Part shown: piece by piece, positions 50,490 through 59,823 of the stretch | How positions within the stretch are numbered: the stretch's first letter is position 1 | Layout of the letters: the number at the start of each line of letters is the position of its first letter | Assembly: GCA_043823745.1 (NCBI GenBank) | Contig: JBDRAN010000013.1 | Coordinates: 818 to 64,817 of the forward strand | Origin: Candidatus Omnitrophota bacterium | GTDB lineage: Bacteria; Omnitrophota; Gorgyraeia; Duberdicusellales; 4484-171 | Direction of reading: 5' to 3' | Length of the DNA stretch: 64,000 bases | Notes under the pieces: model-generated | Told to the model about the DNA's origin: nothing | The model's input: only the letters and a program-made list of their open reading frames with translations | Databases searched by the model: none | Position numbers and translations under genes: made by a program

Positions 50490-51125
50490 ATGAAAGTGAA
50501 CGTACTGATGATTGTGCTGGTGGCGGGTTCAGTTCTATTTTCTTCCGGTTGTGCGACGGTGCGAAAATACAAAGATTCTGATAAAGAAATCGCGCGCCTT
50601 AAGGCTGAACTTGAGCGCTGCAATGAAAGTAAAGATAAAGAGATTTCAAGCCTGGAGAGAGCAAGGAATGAACTCGCGCAAAGCCTGAAGCGTGAGCTCA
50701 GCGACTATAAAGCAAAACTCGAGATGACCGAGCGAGGCCTTGTTATTACCTTTTTGGCCGAGGTATTTTTCGATTCAGGAAAAGATGAAATAAGGTCAAC
50801 GGGGAAAGAGTCTTTGAAGAAAGTCGCGCAGGTGCTTAACACGGAAGTTGTTGACTCAAATGTCGCTATTGAAGGTCACACCGACAATGATCCCATCAAG
50901 CATTCCGGTTGGAAGTCGAATTGGGAGCTTTCAAGCGCGCGCGCGCTGGCAGTGCTGCATTATTTCGTTGATGAAGCAACGGTCGATCCGCAGCGGCTTT
51001 CCGCAAACGGCTATGGAGAATATAAGCCGGTTGCTTCAAATGATACCGCAAAAGGCAAGCAACAAAACCGGCGAGTCGAGATTGTGATTCTGCCGTCCTT
51101 AAATAAGGTGAAGGTAGAAAAATAG
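50490..51125 (+). CDS. OmpA/MotB peptidoglycan-binding lipoprotein with coiled coil
   Basis: SSGC lipobox, FDSG, EGHTDN, NWELSSARA, NRRVEI. Confidence 0.92.
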   Translation: MKVNVLMIVLVAGSVLFSSGCATVRKYKDSDKEIARLKAELERCNESKDKEISSLERARNELAQSLKRELSDYKAKLEMTERGLVITFLAEVFFDSGKDEIRSTGKESLKKVAQVLNTEVVDSNVAIEGHTDNDPIKHSGWKSNWELSSARALAVLHYFVDEATVDPQRLSANGYGEYKPVASNDTAKGKQQNRRVEIVILPSLNKVKVEK

Positions 51126-51148
51126 CAAACCTAGTACTTAAAAACTTC

Positions 51149-51823
51149 ATGAAGGCTGTAAGGATAGGGCTTACTGTTCTCATTATCGGCGCTATCCTTA
51201 TGGCTGCCTATGCGTTTTTAAAGATCATCAATGAGCGCAAGATATTGCGTGAAGTGATCGAACGTTTGTCGAGTGATTCCCGTATTGCCGAGGTACTCGT
51301 GACCAAAGTGGCTGGTGAGCCTTTCGGGCAGAAAACATTGACAACGATTAAGTTCCTGGAGTATGACACGCACGGGAACCCCCTTGCTCCGCGGTATTTT
51401 ACCTTCTCCGGTAATATTATTCAATTCCAGTCACTCGTTATTCGTTTCGACGATGCGTATGTCGCCGCGGGGCATTCTTTGAAAGGTAAGAGCGCGTATC
51501 TTTTTCTGAAGGTGTTTTCTCTCGGGTCTGACTCGGCGGAAATTTCTTCTATTAATGAGGTCAACGAGGTCCCTTCCGGTTATCGAACCGCAACGCGTGT
51601 GAGCGGTTTTGAAAAGAAGCTCTGGCGCCTTTTTTGGCTTTACGCGCTTGATCCTGCTATGGCATCGCGCATTGGCGTCAAGAACGCCCAAATTGAAGCT
51701 CCAGGAACGCGATTTATCCCGGGCATGCTCTATACCATCAAAATTGAACATGATGGAGGCATGCGTATCGATGCCAAAAAATTACCCGAGATTCTAGACG
51801 GCGAGCGCATCGATTTTCAGTAA
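51149..51823 (+). CDS. conserved hypothetical membrane-anchored protein
   Basis: 224-aa ORF, N-terminal TM, operonic spacing. Confidence 0.7.
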   Translation: MKAVRIGLTVLIIGAILMAAYAFLKIINERKILREVIERLSSDSRIAEVLVTKVAGEPFGQKTLTTIKFLEYDTHGNPLAPRYFTFSGNIIQFQSLVIRFDDAYVAAGHSLKGKSAYLFLKVFSLGSDSAEISSINEVNEVPSGYRTATRVSGFEKKLWRLFWLYALDPAMASRIGVKNAQIEAPGTRFIPGMLYTIKIEHDGGMRIDAKKLPEILDGERIDFQ

Positions 51824-52277
51824 TTGCCCTATATACATTTTGGAGTCATGCTTAGGGTTCTTACGATCGCTTATATCAAGCTTCGTCTACTGGTTGGGGT
51901 TGCGAGGCTCGTATCGGTTACGTCAAACGTTAATCGTCTTTATTTTTATTAGTATTTTGACGCAACCGTTATACGAGCGACGTGACGAGCTGCACACTAG
52001 TGCGTCCCGCAGGGGACTGCGCAACCGTTGGACGTATAACGAGCCGATATAGCGTAAACACATCTTATAGAGAATACATATCCCACTAATCGCTATGCGC
52101 CATGCGCTCTGCGCTATATGCAACACCCGGCCGAATCGCACCCGGCGTCATTGAAATACGCTGGTAGTGCATAAAGCACATACTCGCCATTCCTTTGAGG
52201 CGAGGTATGTGCACTTTCTGTGCAATACCTGGCCACAATCGGAATGGCCAGTATGCATTTCGATGCAAGGAGGTCTT

Positions 52278-52607
52278 ATGGCTACAAAGAAATTTAAACC
52301 TGCGCAAAAAATATCAGTTAACAATTTTATTCAATATCAGGCAGGATGCGTAGTAAGCCAGGAAATCATCAAGAAGCCGACCGGAACCGTTACGGTCTTT
52401 GCATTTGCTAAGGGGCAGGGTTTAAGTGAACACGTTGCGCCTTTCGATGCCCTGGTGTATATACTTGACGGTACAGTAAAGATCACCATTGCCAAGAAGC
52501 CGTTTGTGCTGACCGCAGGCTCGCTTATTGTTATGCCGGCGCACAAGCCCCATGCGCTTAGCGCCCTTACCGCTTTTAAGATGATGCTGGTCATGGTGCG
52601 TTCGTAA
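52278..52607 (+). CDS. cupin domain protein
   Basis: RBS GGAGG; FAFAKGQGLSEH, MPAHKPHAL, FKMML. Confidence 0.88.
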   Translation: MATKKFKPAQKISVNNFIQYQAGCVVSQEIIKKPTGTVTVFAFAKGQGLSEHVAPFDALVYILDGTVKITIAKKPFVLTAGSLIVMPAHKPHALSALTAFKMMLVMVRS

Positions 52608-52651
52608 CCGAAAAAATGCACGGTTCATAGGCATTTTTTTGGGTTAAGTCC

Positions 52652-52680
52652 TTGACGAAAGGACCCGGGAACAGTAGAAT
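52652..52680 (+). promoter_or_regulatory. sigma70-like promoter
   Basis: TTGACG-17 nt-TAGAAT upstream of nifU. Confidence 0.55.
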
Positions 52681-52883
52681 CCAGGGTGAGCAGGGCTCGT
52701 GGTGTGACAATAGGTTTATAAAGTAAGCTTCCGGGCGCCTACATACCGGAAAATTCTCTACGACAATTTTCCGGAGCGCCTCGGAAGTCAATTCGACTAC
52801 CCAGCAGGGTGCCCTGTTGGGCTAAGCACTTTTTCTGCGACGGGGAGTCTTGAAAAAGCGCAAGTCTCATTGAGGAGTAATCA

Positions 52884-53744
52884 ATGTGGGATTATACCGA
52901 TAAGGTAAAAGAATATTTTAAGAATCCGCGTAATGTCGGGGAAATAGAAAATCCTGACGCCGTGGGCGAAGTGGGTAGCATTATCTGTGGTGACGCGCTC
53001 AAGCTTACGTTGCGTATCGAAAAAAACACCGAAAAAATTCTTGATGCAAAATTTAAAACATTTGGCTGCGCCAGCGCCATAGCTTCAAGCTCTGCCCTTA
53101 CCGAAATGGTCAAGGGGATGACCGTTAGTTTAGCCGCAAAAATTACCAATAAAGATATTGCCGACTTCTTAGGTGGATTGCCTGAGGAGAAGATGCATTG
53201 TTCGGTTATGGGTATGGAAGCACTGGAAGCAGCTATTGCCAATTACCGTGGCGCGCCTTTGCAAAAAGAATTAGTGGGCGAGGAACGCATTGTTTGTAAA
53301 TGTTTCAGCGTTACTGATCAGAAGATAGTCCGCGCCATACAGGAAAATAATTTACGCAGCGTTGAAGAAGTAACTAATTATACAAAAGCGGGCGGCGGCT
53401 GCGGGAAATGTAAGCCCGAGATCGAGAAGCTATTACGTGAATATTGGGATAAAGAAGCGACTAAGCACGTGATTCCGCCTCAAGTCGCGGCCAAAAAGAG
53501 CCTGACCAATTTACAGCGTATTTCACTTATCAAAGAGACGATTGAACGCGAGATCAGGCCGCACTTAAAAGCCGACGGCGGAGATATCGAACTTGTAGAT
53601 ATCGATCGCAACAAAGTTTATGTGAAATTCTTAGGTACCTGTTTAGGGTGTCCGGCTACGGGCATTACGTTAAAAGCGCTGGTTGAGACGAAATTGCGCG
53701 AGTTTATTGATGAGAGCATTGTGGTTGAGGAGATCAAAGAATGA
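52884..53744 (+). CDS. nifU: three-domain Fe-S scaffold NifU
   Basis: CGD, FGCASA, KMHCS; CKCF..GGGCGKC; DGGD, GTCLGC. Confidence 0.95.
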   Translation: MWDYTDKVKEYFKNPRNVGEIENPDAVGEVGSIICGDALKLTLRIEKNTEKILDAKFKTFGCASAIASSSALTEMVKGMTVSLAAKITNKDIADFLGGLPEEKMHCSVMGMEALEAAIANYRGAPLQKELVGEERIVCKCFSVTDQKIVRAIQENNLRSVEEVTNYTKAGGGCGKCKPEIEKLLREYWDKEATKHVIPPQVAAKKSLTNLQRISLIKETIEREIRPHLKADGGDIELVDIDRNKVYVKFLGTCLGCPATGITLKALVETKLREFIDESIVVEEIKE

Positions 53745-54898
53745 GTCTTGTTTACGCTGATAATAATGCTACTACGGCTGTCGCGCCGGAGGTTTTTGAG
53801 GCGATGCGTCCGTTTTTGACTGAGCGGTATGGTCATCCCTCCAGCATGCATACTTTTGGCGGCGCCGTGCATCATGAGATTGAGCGCGCGCGCTCTAAAG
53901 TGGCCGCGCTCATAGGAGCAGCCGAGCCCTCTGAAATTATTTTTACATCCTGCGGCACGGAAAGCGATAATACCGCGATTGTCAGCACGCTGCGTTCGTA
54001 CCCCGAGAAGCGGCATATTATTACGACAAAAGTAGAACATCCGGCAGTGTTAAGCTTGTGTCGATATCTTGAAGGCGTAGGCTACCGGGTTACCTATCTC
54101 AACGTTGATAATGAGGGGCTTCTTGATATCAATGAGCTTAAATCAGCGATTGATCCCGATACCGCGCTTATTTCGATCATGCATGCGAATAATGAAACCG
54201 GCGTGCTCTTTCCGATTGAAGAGATTGCCGAGATAGCTCGGGTGCACAATATTGTTTTTCATACCGACGCAGTACAGGCCGTGGGTAAAATTCCTTTGAA
54301 TATGACGCAGCTGCCGGTTGATTTACTTTCGTTTTCCGGGCACAAATTGCATGCTCCCAAAGGCGTTGCCGCGCTCTATGTACGCCGCGGCACAAAGTTT
54401 ACACCTTTTTTAATCGGCGGCCATCAGGAGCAGGGCCGCCGAGGCGGGACTGAGAATGTTGCTTCTATTGTGGCGCTGGGTGCTGCCTGTGAGCTTGCAG
54501 CATCGACCATCAACGAGGAATATACGCGTGTAAAAAAATTGCGAGGCGCCTTAGAAAATACGCTTCTTACCAAAGTGCCCAATGCGCGCGTTAATGGCCA
54601 CCGCCTGCAGCGCCTTCCTAATACGACCAATATTAGTTTTGAGTTCATCGAGGGAGAGGCGATTCTTTTGATGCTTGATGAAAAAGGCATTGCCGCCTCA
54701 AGTGGTTCTGCCTGCACGTCGGGGTCTTTAACCCCTTCGCATGTCCTGCGGGCCATGGGGACGCCGTTTACGTATTTGCAGGGCTCCATACGTTTTAGTC
54801 TAAGCCGCTACAATACCGAGGAAGATATTAATTATATCATCGAGCATCTTCCTGCTATTATCGTCCGGCTACGTGAAATATCTCCCTACGGAAAATAA
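53741..54898 (+). CDS. nifS: cysteine desulfurase
   Basis: DNNATT, HTDAVQ, SGHK, SSGSACTS. Confidence 0.95.
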   Translation: MSLVYADNNATTAVAPEVFEAMRPFLTERYGHPSSMHTFGGAVHHEIERARSKVAALIGAAEPSEIIFTSCGTESDNTAIVSTLRSYPEKRHIITTKVEHPAVLSLCRYLEGVGYRVTYLNVDNEGLLDINELKSAIDPDTALISIMHANNETGVLFPIEEIAEIARVHNIVFHTDAVQAVGKIPLNMTQLPVDLLSFSGHKLHAPKGVAALYVRRGTKFTPFLIGGHQEQGRRGGTENVASIVALGAACELAASTINEEYTRVKKLRGALENTLLTKVPNARVNGHRLQRLPNTTNISFEFIEGEAILLMLDEKGIAASSGSACTSGSLTPSHVLRAMGTPFTYLQGSIRFSLSRYNTEEDINYIIEHLPAIIVRLREISPYGK

Positions 54899-54992
54899 CC
54901 ACTGTCCGGGGTTTCCATGAAAAAAGATTTCAAGGCCTTTTTAAAATTGATTGACAGGCGCCGAGCGTATGGTTAAATACGCTTGATATTAC

Positions 54993-55135
54993 TAACGGGG
55001 AGGCCGTTTATGCGGTCTGAGAGTCTCCGGTAAACGGAGTTACCCGACGAACCTGTTCGCCTGCGCTTTGAGCGAGTGGCGAAATCTCGACAAATTATAA
55101 TTTGTCGGAATCCGGATAATGCCGGTGTAGGGAAA
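54993..55135 (+). ncRNA. TPP riboswitch with a 54-nt insertion in the aptamer core
   Basis: GGGG..CTGAGA..ACCC..GAACCTG[54 nt]ATCCGGATAATGCCGGTGTAGGGAA; TTGACA at 54951; upstream of thi genes. Confidence 0.88.
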
Positions 55136-55141
55136 AGGACA

Positions 55142-55178
55142 GGTCCTTATGCCAAATGCGTAAGGACTTTTTTATTTA
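55142..55178 (+). terminator. riboswitch expression-platform terminator
   Basis: GTCCTTATGC-CAAAT-GCGTAAGGAC then T-tract. Confidence 0.8.
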
Positions 55179-55385
55179 ATGAGACTTGCCTTTTTTGCAC
55201 CAGCAAAAAAGGCCTAGCCGAATTATCCTTAAACCTGGCCGGAGGCCGTGTCGAAGGGTAATGAGTTGCGAGGCAGTATCTTTTTTAAGAGCTTGATCGT
55301 CGGCAGGCGAGCGCACGATAGAAAAAGCACGCAGTAGTTTCGTGCACCCTGTTGGGTAGGAGAATTATCTTTAAAGTAACCTAGT

Positions 55386-56021
55386 ATGCTGACAATCAAA
55401 GATTACAGTTTATATGTGGTGGTAAGTGAAGAATTCGGCTGCGGCAGAAACGCTTTTGAGATTGCGACTGCCGTTATTGCAGGCGGCGCCGATATTCTGC
55501 AGATGCGCGAAAAAGCTAAGTCCGCGGGAGCGCTGGAGGCCCTCGGTAAAGTATTAGCGCAGCTTTGCAAAGAGAAAAAAGTTATTTTTATCGTCAACGA
55601 TGACCCGTATCTTGCGCGTCGTCTGGACGCCGATGGTGTGCATCTTGGCCAGGAAGATATGCAACGTTATAGTCTCCGGGGTATACGGGACATTATCGGC
55701 ACCGGTAAGATAATCGGGGTGTCGACGCATTCAATAGAACAATTTGTTGATGCGAACATGACTGATGTTGATTACATTGCGTATGGGCCGATATTTCTCA
55801 CAAAGACAAAGGAATATTCTATAGGTACTGCTGACATAGCAACGGTCGTGCAGTGCGCCACAAAACCTGTTTTTTTTATCGGCGGCATAGACCTTACCAA
55901 TCTTGATGAACTTTTGTGCTATGGAGCAAAGAATATCGCGCTGATTAGAGGGATACTCCAGGCTCCGGATATTACGTTAAAGACCATGGAGTTTAAGCAG
56001 AAACTATTGGAAAGAAGTTGA
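55386..56021 (+). CDS. thiE: thiamine phosphate synthase
   Basis: QMREK, VNDD, GVHLGQED, STHS, GPIFLTKTK, IGGI. Confidence 0.95.
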   Translation: MLTIKDYSLYVVVSEEFGCGRNAFEIATAVIAGGADILQMREKAKSAGALEALGKVLAQLCKEKKVIFIVNDDPYLARRLDADGVHLGQEDMQRYSLRGIRDIIGTGKIIGVSTHSIEQFVDANMTDVDYIAYGPIFLTKTKEYSIGTADIATVVQCATKPVFFIGGIDLTNLDELLCYGAKNIALIRGILQAPDITLKTMEFKQKLLERS

Positions 56022-56255
56022 TTTTTACGACGTGTCGGAGTCATTATCCCTTGCGCCTGCATACCGGTTAAATTTCTGCAAAATTTAACCGGAGCGCGTC
56101 GGGATTAATTTAGCGACGTAACATTAGGGTTATTACCCCTTGCCTCTAAATATCTGTAAAATTTCTAAGGCCGAAAGCCTCGAGAAATTTTACAGAAAGG
56201 CTTCGGGGTTAATTTTTCCCGACTCAAGGTTGGGAAAAATTAAGGAGGTGCTGGA

Positions 56256-56456
56256 ATGGTTATAAGAATAAACGGTAAAGAGGAGTGTATCGAAAAAAAT
56301 ATAAATCTCGCGCAGCTCCTGGCAGTAAAAAACCTGCAGCCGGAAAGAATAGTCGTTGAGCACAATGCTCGTGTCGTGGCTCACGCGGCGTGGTCGGGGA
56401 TCACTGTGCAGGAACACGATACGATCGAAATTGTAAGTTTTGTCGGAGGAGGCTGA
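56256..56456 (+). CDS. thiS: sulfur carrier ThiS
   Basis: 66 aa, ING, ends FVGGG. Confidence 0.95.
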   Translation: MVIRINGKEECIEKNINLAQLLAVKNLQPERIVVEHNARVVAHAAWSGITVQEHDTIEIVSFVGGG

Positions 56457-56457
56457 T

Positions 56458-57231
56458 ATGGAGGATGTATTAACGATCGCAGGTATTGCCATCAAGAATA
56501 GATTATTCGTCGGTACGGGGAAATTTTCCAGTTATCAGGTTATGCAGCGTGCGCTGGAAGCTTCAAGGGTTGAGGTGGTGACTGTCGCCCTTAGGAGAGT
56601 GGATATTGAGTCAAAAACCGAGAATATCCTCGATTATATACCAAAGCATTGCACCCTCATGCCGAATACTTCAGGAGCACGAACCGCGCAAGAAGCTGTT
56701 CGTATCGCGCGTCTTGCCAGAGCCAGCGGTTGCGGTGACTGGATCAAGATTGAAGTAATACGGGATAACAAATTCCTACTACCCGATAATTTAGAGACAG
56801 TGGCGGCAACCGAGATATTGGTAAAAGAGGGTTTTGTGACTTTTCCCTATATGAGCCCCGATCTTTCTATTGCAAAAAAACTTGTAGAGGTAGGAGCGGC
56901 AGCGCTTATGCCGTTGGGTTCTCCCATAGGAAGCAACAGGGGTGTCAAGACCAGAGAGCTTGTTGCGATCATGGTGAGTGAGATAAAGATCCCTATTATT
57001 GTTGATGCCGGCCTCGGTGTGCCCTCAGATGCCTGTGTGTGCATGGAAGATGGTTGTGCCGCGGTCCTGGTAAATACCGCGATTGCTTCCGCTAAAGACC
57101 CGGTGGGTTTAGCAGAAGCGTTTAGCTATGCAACGAGAGCCGGCAGGCGTGCCTATCTGTCCGGCGTTTCCTCTCCAGGCGCCTGTGCCCGGCCGTCTTC
57201 GCCGCTCACGGGTTTCTTGCGAGACGATTAA
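56458..57231 (+). CDS. thiG: thiazole synthase
   Basis: GTGK, VALRR, PNTSG, WIKIEV, VDAG, SSPL. Confidence 0.96.
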   Translation: MEDVLTIAGIAIKNRLFVGTGKFSSYQVMQRALEASRVEVVTVALRRVDIESKTENILDYIPKHCTLMPNTSGARTAQEAVRIARLARASGCGDWIKIEVIRDNKFLLPDNLETVAATEILVKEGFVTFPYMSPDLSIAKKLVEVGAAALMPLGSPIGSNRGVKTRELVAIMVSEIKIPIIVDAGLGVPSDACVCMEDGCAAVLVNTAIASAKDPVGLAEAFSYATRAGRRAYLSGVSSPGACARPSSPLTGFLRDD

Positions 57232-57243
57232 GCACGCCGTATT

Positions 57244-58356
57244 ATGAGCTATTATAAAACTTACTCACATTACAAAAATATTAATTTCGAGGATTTTTTT
57301 CGCTCTGTTTCTCTGGGCGGTATCGAAGGGGCGTTGTCCAAGGAAGCACTCGATACGGAAGATTTTATCTCGCTTCTTTCGCCGCGTGCGGAGAATTATC
57401 TTGAAGCCATCGCACAGAAAGCGCATCAAAGGAGTCTGCAGTATTTCGGTAAGACAATCCAGCTTTATACTCCGCTGTATCTATCGAACTACTGCGACAA
57501 TCAATGTTGCTATTGCGGGTTTAATGCTCACAACGCTATAGAAAGAAAAAAACTTTCTTTGGCAGAAGTCGAAGAGGAAGCGAAATGCATCGCGTCTACC
57601 GGCTTGCGGCATATTCTGGTCCTTACGGGTGAATCGCGGAAAGAGTCTTCGCCAGAATACATACGAGCCTGTATCCGGGTATTAAAAAAATATTTTGTTT
57701 CTATTTCCGTAGAGATTTACCCTTTGAGCGAGCAGGAGTATCGAGATTTGATTGCAGAGGGTGTTGACGGATTAACCCTTTATCAGGAAGTGTATGATGA
57801 ATCAGTTTATTGCGCGATGCACCCTCACGGACCAAAAAAAGATTATTGCTGTAGGTTGGATGCTCCTGAACGTGGAGCATCAGCCGGCATGAGAAATATC
57901 ACGATAGGCGCTCTGTTGGGATTACATTCCTGGAGAAAAGAAATTTTCTATGTGGGGCTCCACGCCAAATATCTTCAGGATAAATTTCCCGATGTTGATA
58001 TCAGCGTTGCGATTCCGCGGCTTCAGCCGCACCTTGGGAATTTTAGAGGTCCCACCGCGGTGTCTGATCGCAACCTTGTTCAAATCATCGTAAGCCTGCG
58101 GCTTTTTCTACCACGGTCAGGCCTTACCCTTTCAACACGCGAGAGCCCCGAGCTGCGGGAAAACCTTATTTCGGTGGGTATTACAAAAATGTCTGCCGGT
58201 TCCATAACGCGCGTGGGAGGGCACCGCATTGATGTGCAGGCGCCAAGCGGTGCAAGTCAATTTGAAATTCAGGACACAAGGACCGTCGACGAAATAAAAG
58301 CAATGATAGAAAAAAAAGGGCATCAGCCGGTTTTAAAGGATTGGGTGCATATATAA
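57244..58356 (+). CDS. thiH: 2-iminoacetate synthase
   Basis: PLYLSNYCDNQCCYCGF, YQEVY, STRE, QFEIQD. Confidence 0.95.
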   Translation: MSYYKTYSHYKNINFEDFFRSVSLGGIEGALSKEALDTEDFISLLSPRAENYLEAIAQKAHQRSLQYFGKTIQLYTPLYLSNYCDNQCCYCGFNAHNAIERKKLSLAEVEEEAKCIASTGLRHILVLTGESRKESSPEYIRACIRVLKKYFVSISVEIYPLSEQEYRDLIAEGVDGLTLYQEVYDESVYCAMHPHGPKKDYCCRLDAPERGASAGMRNITIGALLGLHSWRKEIFYVGLHAKYLQDKFPDVDISVAIPRLQPHLGNFRGPTAVSDRNLVQIIVSLRLFLPRSGLTLSTRESPELRENLISVGITKMSAGSITRVGGHRIDVQAPSGASQFEIQDTRTVDEIKAMIEKKGHQPVLKDWVHI

Positions 58357-59009
58357 TGATCGAGGAGTTTTATTCAAATTTAACACAGAAGCTGGGCGAA
58401 GAGAATTTAAAAAAAGTACAGACGGCACGGATTGGGATTGCCGGCGCGGGAGGGCTGGGGTCGAATCTCGCGCTTAATCTTGTACGGGTCGGTTTTACGC
58501 GTCTTACGATTGTCGATTTTGATCGTATTGAACCCGGCAATCTTGACCGGCAATTCTATTTTTTTGATCAGATTGGACACAACAAAGTGGAGGCTCTTTC
58601 AGTAAATCTATTACGCATAAATTCGCGCCTTGAGCTTAAGGTTATTTCCAAGAAAATAGAGGCGCGTGATGTTCTTGAACTCTTTGGTGATTGTGACGCA
58701 GTTGCTGAATGTTTTGATAAAGCGGAGTTTAAAAGTATGCTGGTATCAAATCTCCTTGCGATGGATACTTTTATCGTTGCGGTTTCAGGCCTTGGCGGTA
58801 TCGGTGCAAGCGATGACATTCGAGTGCACAAAGTAAAAAGGAATCTTGTTTTAATAGGAGATCTTACATCTGATATAAGCGGAAAGCCGGCCTTGTCTCC
58901 CCGGGTAAACATAGCGGCTGCTAAAGAGGCTGATGCGATATTGGAACATGTTATAGGCCTGGATATGAGCGATTTTAAGGAGATAAAAAAATCTCAAAAA
59001 AGAGGTTGA
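58356..59009 (+). CDS. thiF: ThiS adenylyltransferase
   Basis: GAGGLGS, DFDRIEPGNLDRQ, PRV. Confidence 0.92.
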   Translation: MIEEFYSNLTQKLGEENLKKVQTARIGIAGAGGLGSNLALNLVRVGFTRLTIVDFDRIEPGNLDRQFYFFDQIGHNKVEALSVNLLRINSRLELKVISKKIEARDVLELFGDCDAVAECFDKAEFKSMLVSNLLAMDTFIVAVSGLGGIGASDDIRVHKVKRNLVLIGDLTSDISGKPALSPRVNIAAAKEADAILEHVIGLDMSDFKEIKKSQKRG

Positions 59010-59034
59010 CAAAGGATATTTAATAATGTATACT
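59006..59034 (+). promoter_or_regulatory. sigma70-like promoter
   Basis: TTGACA-17 nt-TATACT upstream of the Rrf2 gene. Confidence 0.7.
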
Positions 59035-59068
59035 TTGTCTATCAATTTAGTAATGTATAGGAGATGGA

Positions 59069-59500
59069 ATGAAGCTTCCGGCAAAAATAGAGTATGCGTA
59101 CAAAGCGGTTTTGGAGTTATCACTGCGTTATAGGGGTGATAACCCCATACAGATACACGTTATTTCCACAGCGCAAAAGATACCGCGTAAGTTTTTAACA
59201 CAGCTGCTGCTGCGCCTTAAAAACGCTGGAATTGTTTATAGTTTACGGGGAGCCAGCGGCGGTTATGTTCTCGCCCGGCCTCCGGCGCGAATAACTCTGG
59301 CAGATGTATTCAGCGCTATAGACGGGAATATGCTTGATATGTTTGAAGAAGCGAAGGTCACCAAAACAACGGATTCGGGGAAATTGTTACGCGTACTCTG
59401 GAACGATATCAATAAGGAGATATCCAAGCGTTTGAAAAATATCACCTTTGAGCAGTTGATCTCGCGGGTCCAGGGTCAGCAAATTACTTATCAAATATAG
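59069..59500 (+). CDS. Rrf2-family regulator (CymR-like, no Fe-S cysteines)
   Basis: EYA, IPRKFLTQLL, SLRGASGGYVL; ends YQI. Confidence 0.9.
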   Translation: MKLPAKIEYAYKAVLELSLRYRGDNPIQIHVISTAQKIPRKFLTQLLLRLKNAGIVYSLRGASGGYVLARPPARITLADVFSAIDGNMLDMFEEAKVTKTTDSGKLLRVLWNDINKEISKRLKNITFEQLISRVQGQQITYQI

Positions 59501-59590
59501 AAAGTATAGGAAAGGCCAGTTTTAGCTGGCCTTATTTTATAGGCTAATGATGACTAAGTCAATCATCTTTATTATATATTAAATAATACG

Positions 59591-59811
59591 ATGGAACACC
59601 TAAAAGATCTCTGGTCAAAACCATTACCTGGCGCTTGTTCAGCTTCTTCCTGCACTTGATCATTATATACTTATACACTAAGAATATTAAGCAGACGATA
59701 GGCGCAGCACTTGGTATCGATATTGTGAAATTAATTCTCTACTATTTCCATGAGAGGCTCTGGAATAAGACGGCATTCGGTCGAATGCACAAAGAGGATT
59801 ATCAGATTTAA
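59591..59811 (+). pseudogene. DUF2061-like membrane protein with 1-nt frameshift after codon 2
   Basis: Frame from 59599 reads PKRSLVKTITWR...YYFHERLWNK..FG; ATG at 59591 is out of frame; absent from the ORF track. Confidence 0.75.
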
Positions 59812-59823
59812 GAGGAGGGAAGC

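Noticed and set aside
50490-51125. Flagellar stator MotB
   Set aside because: Has a lipobox rather than the Asp-containing TM helix, and no motA neighbour
51971-52030. Hammerhead ribozyme (TGACGAG)
   Set aside because: No CTGA start and no matching GAAA core
52884-54898. Nitrogen fixation cluster
   Set aside because: Only nifU/nifS-type Fe-S assembly genes; no nitrogenase genes
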